A stretch of DNA of 64,000 nt. It comes from Nageia nagi. Lineage: Eukaryota > Plantae > Pinophyta. Shown here in pieces: positions 51,975-64,000 of this stretch; positions within the stretch are counted from its first letter, which is position 1, and every line of letters begins with the position of its first letter. Below the pieces are notes generated by a model. The model saw only the letters and a list, made by a program, of their open reading frames with translations, was not told the DNA's origin and did no database searches. The stretch is taken from contig JBITNC010000002.1 of the NCBI GenBank assembly GCA_050084985.1, positions 10,540,001-10,604,000 on the forward strand, in the 5' to 3' direction. The position numbers were made by a program, and so were the translations under genes.

Positions 51975-54900
51975 TGTAAATGACTCAAGAAGGTCAAGTC
52001 CTTGACCCAAGAACGTTGAGGGCTGAAATTTGATGTTATCATCATTCATGATGCTCAAGTAATCAATGCAGGATTTGATTATATTGATCAAGGAATTTCC
52101 ATGGCTAAGAGGGTTCAATTGAATGATCTTTGGGGTAAACAAGGTACTCCCCCTAAGATCTCTACTTGCAACAAGTTAAAAAACCTTCTTGAGGCAAAGA
52201 TGAAGTTGGTTGTTTGGGTTCATTTTAGAAGATTTAAAATGTCCTTGACACATGAGTGAAATGAAATTGCTTTTTCAAGGATTGGGGTTAGGCATTTGGG
52301 ATAAGGTGGAGCAATTTGGCAGTTAATGTAGTGAAGTTGTTGAACATGTGCTTTAAACTTTAGGCAATATTGTAAAACATCAAGTGGTTAAAAACATTGG
52401 CATCTTTTAGTCTAGGATAAGAGATGCTTTATGGTTTGCCAAAGGTGGAGGAGTACAATAGTGCTTGTAAGGGGTGTGCATTGGGAAAGCATGCCAGAGA
52501 CAAATTTTCTAAAGGGAAAGCATGGAGGGCTTCATACCCACTTTAGTTGGTTCATTCTGATATATGTGGACCAATGCAAACCATGAACTTGGGTAAGAAT
52601 TCTTATTTTTTAACTTTTATAGATGATTAATCCTGAATGTGTTGGGTGTATTTCCTTAAGCATAAGGATGAGGCATTTAATTGTTTCAAGGAGTTTAAAA
52701 TTCTGGTTGAGAATAAAAGTGGCTACAATGTTAACTCTTTGAGGATTGACCATGGTGGTGAGTATTGCTCTAATGAGTTCCTCAAATTTTGCAAAGATAA
52801 TGGCATTAAAAGGCAGCTCACTATTGCCTATACTCCACAACAAAATGGAGTAGCAGAGAGGAATAATAAGACTCTTGTAGAAATGGCCAGGAGTATGTTA
52901 CAAACCAAGGGGTTGACAAATTCTTATTGGGCTGATGCAATCCGGACAAAAGTTTTTGGTTGTTTGGCTTATGCTCATGTGGCTGATGAACTTAGGAAGA
53001 GTTTGATCCTAAGAGTGAACCATGTATTTTTGTTGGTTATTGTGAAAATATATAGGCTTTATAATCCAAAAATTGATAAACTTGTGGTTTCTAGAGATGT
53101 GATTTTTGATGAAGGGGGGATATATGGTCATCGAAAACTTTATGTTGGTGATGGAAGCAATGGTGGAAGTTCTCTAAGTGTGCAGCCTTATGTGCAGCCC
53201 AATTTACAACCAATTCAACCAAGTCCACTAACCAGTCCTTCAAACAGTCCCAAACAAAGCACTTCAAGTCTCTTTTCAAGTGATGATTCTCCAAACATCT
53301 TTTCAGATGTTATGAAGACAAAAAAGGGGGTAAAGCCACTTCAAATTCATCCTCCTACGTAGTTTTTGAGCAACAATTTCCATAGAAGACCTACTAGAGG
53401 TCAAGCTCAAGAAATTGACCACGTTGTTCAAAGACTCTAGAAGATGCACATATATGGTGATGAAAATGAAGGTGAGCCAAAAGGTGATGTTGCTAATTAT
53501 GCTTTGATGATTGTTGCTGATTTAGAACTTTCATGTTTTCAAGAGGCTTTTTTTAATGATGTTTGGATGGATGCAATGAAAGAGGAGATCAATTCCATTG
53601 AGAAGAATTACACTTGGGAGCTTGTAGAGCTGCCCAAAGGAAAGAAATGTGTGGGTTCCAAATGGGTCTATAAGGCTAAGTATAATTGTGATGGCAACAT
53701 TGAGAGACACAAGGCTAGGCTTGTGGCTAAAGGATTCACAATTTCACACAAAGGTATGGAATTGATTATGAAGTAACATTTGCATCTGTAGCTAGAAAAG
53801 AAACTGTGAGAATAGTTCTTTCCTTGGCTGCTCAAAAAAGTTGGACTGTGCATCACTTGGATTTAAAAAATGCTTTTTTGAATAGGTACTTCGATGAAGA
53901 AGTATATGTACAACAACCTCAAGGTTTTGAGCTTAAAGGATTAGAAAAACATGTCTATAGGCTGAAAAAGGCTTTGTATGGTCTTAAGTAGGCCCCTAGA
54001 GCTTGGTATTCTAGGATTGATGGATACTTTCAGCAAAGTGGCTTCAAGAGAAGCAAAAGTGAACCTATTCTATACTTAAAGAAAGAAGGTGATGACATTT
54101 TGCGTGTTTGTTTGTATATTGATGACTTGATTTATACGAGTAGTAGTTCCATATTGCAAGATACTTTTAAGGTTGCCATGATGAGTGAGTTTGAGATGAA
54201 GGATTTAAGATTGATGCACTACTTTCCTGGAATGGACGTGCACCAAAGAAAAGGACAAATCTTTATTTGTCAAACCAAGTTTGCCATGTACATATTGAAA
54301 AAATATGATATGGAAAACTAAAAACCAGTCCCTACTCCCATTATACATGGTAAGTTGTTATGTAAAGATGATGAAGTTGCAAAGGTGAATAACAAAAAAA
54401 TAGGAGCATTGTTGGGAGCTTGATGTTTCTCACAAATACCAAACTAGATATTGCACATGCTGTTTCACTTGTGTCTAGGTATATGAGTGAGCCATCTTCT
54501 TTACATTTGAAGGCTACTAAAATAATTTTGAGGTATGTTAAAGGTACTGTTGACTTTGGCATAAATTATTTTCCTAGTAAAGAGATTGAACTAGTTGGCT
54601 TTAGTGATTCAAATTGGGGCAACAATTTGGATGATTGAAAATCCACATCTTGTAATTGTTTTTCGCTTGGATCTAGATTGATCACTTGGAGTTGAAGGAA
54701 ACAAGGATCGATAGCTCTCTCTTGTACTAAGGCTAATGCATTGCAATTACAACAGTTGCTAAATTAGGCTTTATTGTCCAGGAAAGTGTTGGAGGAGATA
54801 GGTGAGAAACAAAGTGGTCCTGCTGTTATTTTTTGTGACAACATGAGTGCCATTCAGTTGACAAAGAATCTTGTCCTCCATAGCAGGTCTAAGCATTTTG

Positions 54901-56160
54901 ACATGAAGTATCATTTCATCCATGATATGGTGGAAAGGAAACAAGTTGAATTGAGATATTGTAGCACCCATGATCAACTAGTCGACATATTTTCTAAAGG
55001 TGTGGCTAAAGCTTAATTTCTAAAGTTGAGAAACTCATTTGTGAGCCCTAACTATGGGCATTTCCAGGTTAACAAAATGACTTCGTCACTCATTTTGTAA
55101 CTGTAGAATAAAACAATATGTAATTGCAGGAATATTTTAATTTGTAACAGTTGCAGATTGTTATTTTTCATGTAACACACTTAGAATCTTTGTATTAGGG
55201 TAGAATAGAAAAAACATCTCATTGTAACTTTTAAGTAACTAATTGGCATAGTATGCAATAGATAAAATCATTCCTCAAGCTGGTGTGTGATTTTCGTGGG
55301 TACAGTCCAAATTTTCTATCAGAAAGTCTGTGATCTTTTGGGGCTTATAACTTTTGTTACAAAGCTCAACATTTTGTGGGTATTGGCTCATTGGAAAGCT
55401 AATTTCAATACCTATCTAGCAATATATAATATGTCATACTTCTTTTAAAAATCGCCAACACACCAGCTATTTTTTGTCAGCATTCGGTCATTTCCAAAAT
55501 TGTAAATGATAGTGTATTGTTGCCAAAATTCGTCAGAGTTTTAGTGATGCCCCTGAATCAAGGAACCTTGCAACAACTGTCAATGCTATCTGAAAGAGAT
55601 GCCATGAGTGCAAACTTACCATTTGAACCATGCTCTTCCTTCAACAGTGGCCACATTAGCTTCACCATGTTTCTTGTGGGATATATTGTGCAGTCCTTTT
55701 CTGCATTTTTTCTTAATATGCCCAAATTTGTTGCGATACAAACATTTTACCTTTTTCTTGGGTTGAGTAGTGTGAAAGAAGCATTGTGAGAAACATTTTA
55801 AGATTTGCCCTTAAACCGAGCAGCAAAAGAGCTTTTTGTATTCCCGGATGAGGATACACCGATCTGCTGTTGTCTATACTCTTTCTGCAGCAAGTATATA
55901 CTGACCTTATCAAAAGTCAATGTCTGGCTTTCAACCAGGAGATTTGCAGCCTGTTAATGCTCAGACCAACCACATCCTCCTTGTGCACGGGTTGGTTGAA
56001 AACAGTGAGCTGATCCCTAAGAAATTTGATTTTTAGAAGATTTTCTGACAAAGACCCAACCTCATGCAATTTAGTAGAAAACAAGAGTTTTTTTAAATAC
56101 ACAACTTGGCCTTTGTCTGATATTTGATATTTCCGTTTCATATAATTCCATAATGTATGT
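51975..56160 (-). mobile_element. Decayed minus-strand Ty1/Copia element split by a second Copia
   Basis: Gag LKKLLFSTKLHEVGSLSENLLKIK (55917-56141), knuckle KCLYRNKFGHIKKKC (~55700-55750), protease LDSGAS (~55550); PPT-like ttagggggag at ~52146-52156. Confidence 0.7.
52440..55371 (+). mobile_element. Decayed Ty1/Copia pol (integrase, RT, RNase H) with probable 3' LTR
   Basis: LRIDHGGEY, YTPQQNGVAERNN, VVSRDVIFDE, KARLVAKGF, LKKALYGLK, LYIDDL, FSDSNWG, CDNMSAI, KHFDMKYHF; LTR-like tail ending ctcaaca at 55371. Confidence 0.95.
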
Positions 56161-56913
56161 GCACTTGTAATTACGGATTTCAGGGATTAAATCATTCTTA
56201 TCAAAATCATCTGGGTAGATGCAAGGTGTAGTGAGTACCTTGTAACACTAGATATTAGAATTTTTCTTGGTGAGTTTTTGTTTCCCTGGCAACACCAAAT
56301 CATCAGACACAGATAACTTTAGTAAAAGTGCTTACCTATGATGCTTGTGAAAATCATCTGGGTTGATGACAGGTCTAGTTTCAGTGCTTAAGATAACCCT
56401 ATACATATCCGACACTGAGTGATAGTGAGTATCTTGTGAGTCGCTTCTGGCAGTACTAAATTCTGTATATTTGCCATAATTATATACTGACTCAAAATAT
56501 TTCAAATTTGATTCTGAATTTTTTCAGACCCTTTTTAAAATTTTTGAACATTTAAATTTTTTGCAAAGGAGACTTTTAAATTACAAGACTTTGCAAGGAA
56601 TTTAAAAGGGAAATACTCACGAGAAGATACCTCATTAATGACCTGCAACAACCTTATTAATTACATACAGGTATAATAAAAATACACTTGTATATCATTA
56701 TTCTAATATTTTCTAATTGCACCTGACCAGAAAACATTCAGTTCTGACTTCTGTTCTGTAACACACCCGTTAATATGGACAGGGTTCCAACTTCAGTCTG
56801 TGCAAAATCCTGGGGCTATCAGAAACAGATTAGAATCCCACCATACAAACAGGATTTACATTTTGCCTTGAAATAGGACACTGGACAAATAACTTTAAAA
56901 TTTTTTCAGGAAA

Positions 56914-57960
56914 GTGGGGATTAAAAAGTCGGAATTGTGTTGGGAGGATGAGGAAACAAGCTCACACCTTTTCTTAGAATGTCCTATCTCCAGCAAATTA
57001 TGGAATAAATTGGCAATAGTGTGGGGTTTTCAGTGGTCTGTATTTGTAGCGATTGAACAACTATGGAGGGAATGGACCAAAAAGGATGAAGCAGACCCCT
57101 ATACTTGCCAGATCACTTGGATGGGATGAACCCTTCTGATATGAACCTCTGTAAATGCAACAATAGACTCTTTAATCAGGAATAAAGAGATAGTCATGTG
57201 GTTTGGCAGCATCCTGAAGTGCCAAGCCAAAGGACGACTCAGATTCTTTCCAACTTACGAATGGAGATGAAAAGGAACATACCACAAAGGAATCTAGAAA
57301 GAGGAAAATGAGTGGACAGAGAAGGAAAGTGGAAACTTCCCGCAGCAGGAATAGGAAAGATTAATGCAAATGGTGCCTCTAAGGGAAATCCAGGGCAAGC
57401 AAGTACACAAGGTTTAGGCAGATTATATAATGGGACAATGGCTTTTGTCTTCGCAAAAAATATTGTGATATTATTCAATAGTTTAACAGAAGGATATGCC
57501 ATTCTGTGGGGGATGGAACAGGCACTCAAAGCAGAGTGGAGAAAGATGCAAGTGGAGTCAGACTCTAAAATTCCGGTAAATCACTTGACAGGAATCAACA
57601 ACAGAAATAAAGCAGATTGGAGGATAAATAGTGTAGGAAAAATACAGATTCAACAAAAATTTGACTGGGTGGAATTCATTCATGCTTCTTGGCAACAAAA
57701 CAAAATAGCAGATGCAATGGCTAATTGGGCTCTAGATAGGGGTGATATCACCTGTTATGGACAGCCTTCTACTTGATGGTCTCCTCGGATCAGGAAACCC
57801 TCCTCACTATCCTTTCTTATGGTGATATTAGTAATTTAGTTGATGATGTAATTTGTCAGTTTTGACTGTATACGGCTTTGGTTAGGCCTATTTGTTTTTG
57901 TATTTCTCTGTTGTGTGGCCTGAAGCATTGGAAGGATTCCTATATGTTAGAGCCTTCCCT
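56914..57960 (+). mobile_element. Plant L1 LINE 3' fragment (zf-RVT + RNase H-like domain)
   Basis: LCWEDEETSSHLFLECP (zf-RVT); WKLP...KINANGASKGNPG, VESDSK, NKIADAMANWA (RNase H-like). Confidence 0.85.
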
Positions 57961-59109
57961 GGGGGTGTGTGACTTCAATCAAACTGATTGCTAAGTCCAC
58001 CTAACCATAAAAGCTCGGTTTGATTTTTACAGACAGGAATGATAAAAACACAAGGGACAAGGGTTTTGATGGAGAGGTACACATTGAATTTGATGAACAA
58101 AACAATGATGTGGGTACAAATAGAATTGGATGGACACGGACAGATGGAAGATGAGGGAAGCATGGAAAACAGATGGCTAGGGCATTGATGGAGATTATGA
58201 TTTTTGTGACACTTTGGAGGTGGAATTGCTTTCAGTGGCTTTACAACATAGACAGTCCTGATACCACCCTCTCTTGCATTGGATTTCTCCTCTGCTCTGG
58301 TCTTCTTTTTTACAATAGATGCCTGAGGCAAGCCTTTGTATGGATCTGAATCTTCCACTGGTTCATTGCTTACAAGCGCTTCATATGTTGTTGCTCGTAG
58401 TTCCTTAAGCTCTTCTTTGCTTTCCCATACCCGCAGGTTGACCAGTTGCGTGGCCGTTGGAACAGCCTCAGTATCCTCTTCAGTTTCCTTTGCAACAGAA
58501 GGTTCCCCTGATTCAGCATTACTTTTGATCGGCAAGGCCTCCATCTTGTCTTCACCACTCCTTTCTGTTTTCTTCTTTGGTTTTCTTTTACAATACTATA
58601 CTCCTGCCCTGCTATCCCTACCACTAGCCTTTTATTTCATCTGACATATAGGTAACATTTTCACAACTCAATGAATTTTCTGCAACAAAAGAAGAAACTG
58701 TGGTTCCATGTAGCCTTGAGAAAAATCATTTAACAAATGTACACATAAAATATAGTTCAGAATGGACATCTGAATGCTTGCTGAAGAGTTTAAAGTTTGC
58801 TCAAATATTTCAAATGTGAACCAAACCAAATTTGTACTTATTGATAGGTCTGTCATTCCATGTCTTTGAGAAACAAGTACTTTTCAAGAACTTATTGTGA
58901 ATAATGTGTCGAAAGTGTATTATGTTGAAAATAAAAAGTGATTTCTTAAGCTATGTACAGGCTTATGAACTGTATCAAAATTGTTTTTTTTTATCTATTT
59001 TTTCACAGGGAATATGTGATGCTTCCAGTTCCACGCTGGATAGTTCATTTTACCTGATAAATTTATTTTCTCGGCAGCCTTCTTAATATATGTTACATTA
59101 TCCTTGCAG

Positions 59110-59347
59110 TGGAAAAAAGCTAGGCAAAGCTATGGGAATGATTGAAGTCATTGTTGAATGTCAAATCCCTGGATCTGATGAGAGTTGTTCTGGAGGCAAT
59201 CAATATTCTGCAATAGAGGCAAATAATAGGAATGTTTATCTTCACTTGAAGAGATTTTTCCGTGGAGTACGTTTTGCAAATCCTTGGCTTCTTAAGAAAG
59301 TTCAGTCCAAATATCATTATGGTGATCTCGTTTCAGTTAGTGGCAAG
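59110..59347 (+). CDS. RECG: RECG exon (wedge/OB region; YLHLKRFFRGVRF...GDLVSVSGK)
   Basis: LHLKxFFRGxRF and GDxVxxSGKV are plant RECG motifs; acceptor ttgCAG, donor AAG|GTAGGT. Confidence 0.95.
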
Positions 59348-60202
59348 GTAGGTACTAACTCTTTGTAACTGTCATTTCCTTAAGATAGTGGAAATTAGTT
59401 ACTGTTGAGAAATATTGTCAATTGTTTATGAGTATGCTAATGTACTGTACCATATTGTCATTTTTCTCCCATTTTGTGCAGCTTCAGTATCCCATTGAAG
59501 TCTTTTTGGCAATACAATTATACAAAATTTATAGTGTAAATTATTTGTTTTTTTCACAGCATCGTGTATAATTTAGCAGATTTTGAGGCTTATCATAATG
59601 TTTTTGTTTGTAATAAATATACAGGTAATCAGATGTCATGTTTGTGCAATATTTTGTGTAATTTGAGGATAAATTTTAATTCATTTATGCAAAGGTTGAG
59701 TTTGACTGATCCTCACATGCAGAAGCTTGAACTCTTCTAGACAATGTTAATCCTGTAGTCAATGCACATTCAAAGTCATGAAATCATTTTCTTTGTTTTC
59801 AAGTTTTTGCATCATTTCCTTGAGTGCATGATCTTTTGTAATAGCATAGTTTCACAATCTATTTTTAAGTCTAGTTCTGCACTCAGCACCTTCTCCTCAA
59901 GAGTGTTTTCAATATCATATACCATGACTGAGGAACATGGGACACTGAGCAGTGGGTAGGGGGAGATATCCATGCTTTGCCGGTTAGCCCAATGCATCTC
60001 AAAGTGGGTTGTTTCTAGAAGTTTTCATGTAAGAACGTAATGCCTTCTATGTAACTTTTAAAACCAGAATGATGCTAGAAAAAGAAAAGAACAATGTAAC
60101 ATACCTATGTAACTAACAAAATAAAACCCTGCAATAACCTTGGAGCTCTTATTTATACACAAAATCTGCTGAAATTCATTAATATTAAATAATAACAATA
60201 AC

Positions 60203-61965
60203 AATAAAGCTATCTTAGCCTCTTCTTTAGATGAGGATACCAAGAAAAGATTAATTCCTAAAAGATCGGTTATAGCAAGGATATATGGGGCCACAAAAAT
60301 ACATAAAGAAGTTATTCCAATTAGGCCCATTGTGGATACCATTGACTCCCCAACTTATGAGTTAGCTAAATATTTAGCTGAGAAAAACTAAAACACCTAT
60401 TAGGTAAGACATATTTATACATTAAGAACTCTGAACATTTTATAAGCAAGTTAAAGAATCACAAAGTTAAGTATGGTGATATTTTGGTTAGTTTTGATGT
60501 TGTTTCCTTATACACTAAAATTCCTATAGATAAAGCACTAAAGGTTATATCTAACTTAGTAGACCATGATACATTAGGTTTGATTAAAATATGCCTTTAA
60601 CCTACAGTTTTTAGTTATAAAGGGGATTTCTATGAACAAGTGCATGGGGTAGCAATAGGATCTCCATTATCTCCCATTGTTGCCAACTTATATATGGAGT
60701 GGTTTGAAACAAAGGCTCTTGATTCGTTTCCTTTAAAACTAGAATGGTGGGATAGATATGTGGATGACACAAATATGAATTGGCCACACGGAAAAGATTC
60801 TCTTAAAGTTTTTCATAACCACCTTAATTCAATTTACAAAAGAAATTGAACATGATAGTAAGATACCTTTTTTAGATGTACTAGTGTATAAAAAGGATAA
60901 TGGGGATTTGGGACATGAGGTATATAAAAAAAAAACACATACGGACATATACTTACATGCCTCATCTCATCATCATTATGCTCAAAAGATGGGGGTTCTT
61001 AATACTCTTATAAGTAGAGCTCTTAGAATTTCAGATAATGACCATATACATAAGGAGAATGCATCTAACTAAAGCAGTAATGAGTAATGTTTATTCTACT
61101 AAAGACATTAGACATGCTTGGAATAAGATAGAAAGAGGAAAAACTAATGAGAGACTAGACCATAATAATACTAATTCATACATAGGGGTAGTCTACCTTC
61201 CCTATATCAAGGGTTTAAGTGATAATTTACCTAATATATTAATGAAAGCACATATTAAGACAATTTTTCTTCTTCTCAACAAACTAGAGAACATGTTCAT
61301 ATCTATGAAGGACCACTTAGAGTCCTTACAACATAAAGGTGTATATAAGATAACGTGTGAGTGTGGAACTTGTTACATTGGTGAAACGAGTAGGTCAATA
61401 CGTGAAAGAGTTAAAGAACATTGTGTAGATTTACAATATAATAGATTAATCAAATCTGCCCTTGTTGAACATGTAGATAAGACTAAACACCATATACTTA
61501 TCGATAAAATTGAAGTTCTAGCTATATGTGATAAATTCCAAGAACGAAGAATTAGAGAAGCTATTGAAATTAAACTTAACCCTAATAATATTAATAGAGA
61601 CCAAGGTATTGATATTAGTAGGGCATGGTTACCTATTATGGACCTAATTTACAAACATAGAAGGAAAAATAATATGATATTAAAATAGCCATAACTTTTG
61701 CATTTTAACTTGGTTTTTCATGTTCCTTACATCGTTGGAAAGATATTTTTATGTAGAATTTAACTATATTTATCTTTTTGGTATTTTTAATGATAGAGGG
61801 TCTACATTGATCTTATAAAATTGGGTATTACTTATCTCTACTTAAAGAAAAAGCTTACACTTTATTTTCTTCATTCAGTAATTTTGAAGATGGGTGCCAT
61901 AGATTGGACTCGATACGTCAATAATTCAAATTCATATGCAAGTCAACCTCAAACCACTAAAGAGA
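60203..61965 (+). mobile_element. Penelope-like element (Dryad-type): RT + GIY-YIG endonuclease + pseudo-LTR, 5'-truncated
   Basis: RIYGATKIHK..IPIRPIV, VSFDVVSLYT, GVAIGSPLSPIVANLYM, RYVDDT, VYKKKTHTDIYLH..SHH, GVYKITCECGTCYIGET..R..EH, REAIEI...INRDQG. Confidence 0.95.
61878..61925 (+). ncRNA. Degenerate minimal type I hammerhead ribozyme in the Penelope pseudo-LTR
   Basis: TTGAAGA (CUGANGA box) - stem II gggtgcca/tggactc - GATAC-GTC (GAAAC-GUC box with palindromic ACGT stem III); partial stem I. Confidence 0.65.
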
Positions 61966-62011
61966 ATAATAATAACAATAATAGTAACAATAATAATAAC
62001 AAAAATAACAA

Positions 62012-62053
<42 letters not shown>

Positions 62054-62063
62054 TCATCATAAT
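61966..62063. repeat. (AAT/AAC)n microsatellite
   Basis: aataataataacaataatagtaac...aacaacaacaac run. Confidence 0.95.
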
Positions 62064-62084
62064 GTGAAAAGAGTTTTTTCCTTT

Positions 62085-62298
62085 GCCTTATATGGACTTG
62101 AGAATTTTAATTTTGAATTCACCTAGGTGGATCCCCTTAGGCTGATGTGCACATAAAATCATATTAAATTATAGGATTTTCTGTAAATTAAGTTAGGATA
62201 GCCCAAAGTGGGCGAAAATTGGCATACTGATAGAAATCAGGCAATTCACTTAAATAATGCCCTTTTAGATAATTGACATGCAATTTTAAGTGTCTATA
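62085..62298 (-). mobile_element. Partial LTR of the Tat/Ogre-like family
   Basis: ttcacctaggtggat...ttttagataattgacatgcaattttaagtgtctata matches the LTR ends at 24164, 44564 and 51249. Confidence 0.75.
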
Positions 62299-62471
62299 GT
62301 TGTTAATGAACATTAATACAAACATTTTGTTCATTTGTGTTGGACAAACTCTGTATACAATCATTATATTTGCTAATATTATCAATATGTTTACCTTATG
62401 TTGTATAATTTTAGATTGAGAGAAATCAACTGTTTGTTCCAATACTAATGAATGGGCATTTCGGCAGTCAG

Positions 62472-62644
62472 GTTATAGCTTTAGAGGAAGATAATCATTT
62501 TGAAATGCGGGATTACAATGTCGATGTACTAAATGAGGATACTGATTTTGAAAAACAAGAACTTTGTCAAAAAGAGAAGCTTTATCCTATTTATCCATCA
62601 AAAGGTGATTTAGATCGAAAATATGTTGGAGACTGCATTAACAG
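62472..62644 (+). CDS. RECG: RECG exon (HFEMRDYNVDVL...LYPIYPSKG); gene continues beyond the window
   Basis: HFEMRxYNxD and YPIYPSKG motifs; phase-0 entry; donor AG|GTAGGA. Confidence 0.93.
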
Positions 62645-64000
62645 GTAGGATAGCTAGAAAAATGATATTCAATCATTGTTTTGTTTTTGAAAAAAGTAAA
62701 GTTGAACAAATAAGATTGAATTTTTTTATAGAAGTTGAAGTTCGAATTAGATTGCATATGCTTTATCTTTTTTATTTTACAATGTTAATATTTTAATTCT
62801 TTTTATTCCTGTATGAATAAAGTTTTCAGATCAATCCATAGTAAGAGGAATATATGTTTTAAAGTAAAATCAGGGGTAACTTCATATCTTCAAGGTAAGG
62901 TAGGCTTTATCTGTTTGGTAATTTTCCTAGAAGCTGTCTGTCATTTTAATAGCCTTAGAAGAGGGAGAATATTTTTTCTAGTTTGATATTGGAATTTTAG
63001 GCCAGGAGGGCAAGGGTTTGCATGGACAAAAAGTGCAAGGTTAACTTCTTTTTCATGGTCTTTAGTTGCAAATTGCAACATATTAGTTTTAAAAGCTACT
63101 CTTTATTACGTCAAGAGGAATAACCTACAATGGGAGTTGAGAGAGGGGAAACCCTTGCAACAATGCTATCAAGTTAGCGAGCATGAAAATATTGTATAGG
63201 GATATAAAAATATAAAGTTTAAACATTTTATATTTATATACTATATATTTCAAATGTTAAGCCTACCAAAGCACAGATTTTTCAATGTACATGACATATT
63301 TGAAACTGATGCTTTACGTATTTAAACGACAATGTAAACATAATTAGCAATATCGATCAAATATAGTAATTAAGTAAATGAAGATCTTCTACGCTTCTTA
63401 CACCATCTAATGTTCAAGATATGTAATTATAAGATATCTGAACTAATTTTCTGTGTGTATCCAAAATGGTTGAATGTACTATATCTACTATCATTGAGTG
63501 CTTCTTGTTGTGTCATTGACCTTTCTGTAGGTTAATTATATTGTCATTAAGCTATTATCTATTCATGTACTGGTATGGGCTTGCGTAATATACTATATTA
63601 TTGTGTATTATTTTAGAGTTTGTTGCATTAATCAGTCTGACGTTGCAATGTTCGAGATTGCTTGAAATTAATGGTGCCCATAAATAGTAGAACCTCTAAG
63701 TTTTCACAATAATAGTTACAATTGTTATAGTTAACCCAATTTCAAAGTTTTTTGTCAATCTTATTGCATGTTTCAGATTTTAGAACTTATCAACATCATG
63801 ATTATCAAACATCAAAGGTATGATGCAATATTTTTTTATTTATTTCTATCATCACAGTTATTGTTATAGAACACAATTTGATATTGAAAAAATTAGAATT
63901 TTTACTAATCTTTTCAAAATTTGCTACAATACAATGATATGTAGTAGATAGCAAGAGCCTATAGTTCTCGCCCTCTTCCTCATCCATATTTTCCCTAGGT

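Noticed and set aside
57312-57776. Host RNase H gene
   Set aside because: It follows a zf-RVT remnant and the first catalytic Asp is replaced (INANG); fits an L1 ORF2 tail.
61821-62126. Poly-Asn protein ORF
   Set aside because: Translation of the AAT/AAC microsatellite.
11508-62471. General antisense bias of intronic TEs
   Set aside because: Several elements (Gypsy 20250, LINE 19240, Copia 52440, L1, Penelope) are in sense orientation.
25686-62644. Bacterial contamination or recent bacterial transfer of recG
   Set aside because: Spliceosomal introns and plant-specific N-terminal motifs identify the ordinary nuclear-encoded organellar RECG.

Overview
AT-rich, CpG-depleted eukaryotic nuclear DNA typical of a large, methylated land-plant genome. 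Very long TE-filled introns and a Penelope-like element point to a gymnosperm, probably a conifer (inference). One host gene is supported: the 5' half of the organellar RecG-family DNA helicase (plant RECG/RECG1) on the + strand. Seven in-phase coding exons lie between 25686 and 62644, two candidate upstream exons at ~11250-11507 and 14773-15085, and the helicase core lies beyond the window. Its introns (up to 23.5 kb, one GC-AG) and upstream region hold nested, mostly decayed TEs: CACTA, hAT, Tat/Ogre-like and other Ty3/Gypsy, two Ty1/Copia, solo LTRs with TSDs, a SINE, four copies of an RTE/RTEX-like LINE, an L1 fragment and a Penelope-like (Dryad-type) element with a decayed hammerhead ribozyme. 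The least explained structure is a 7.0-kb TG...CA-bounded insertion (34088-41083). It has no gag-pol and no paired LTRs, and carries a ~3.4-kb decayed antisense ORF plus an array of ~11 hairpin motifs with variable spacers. All calls are by eye and from recalled family motifs; no searches were run.
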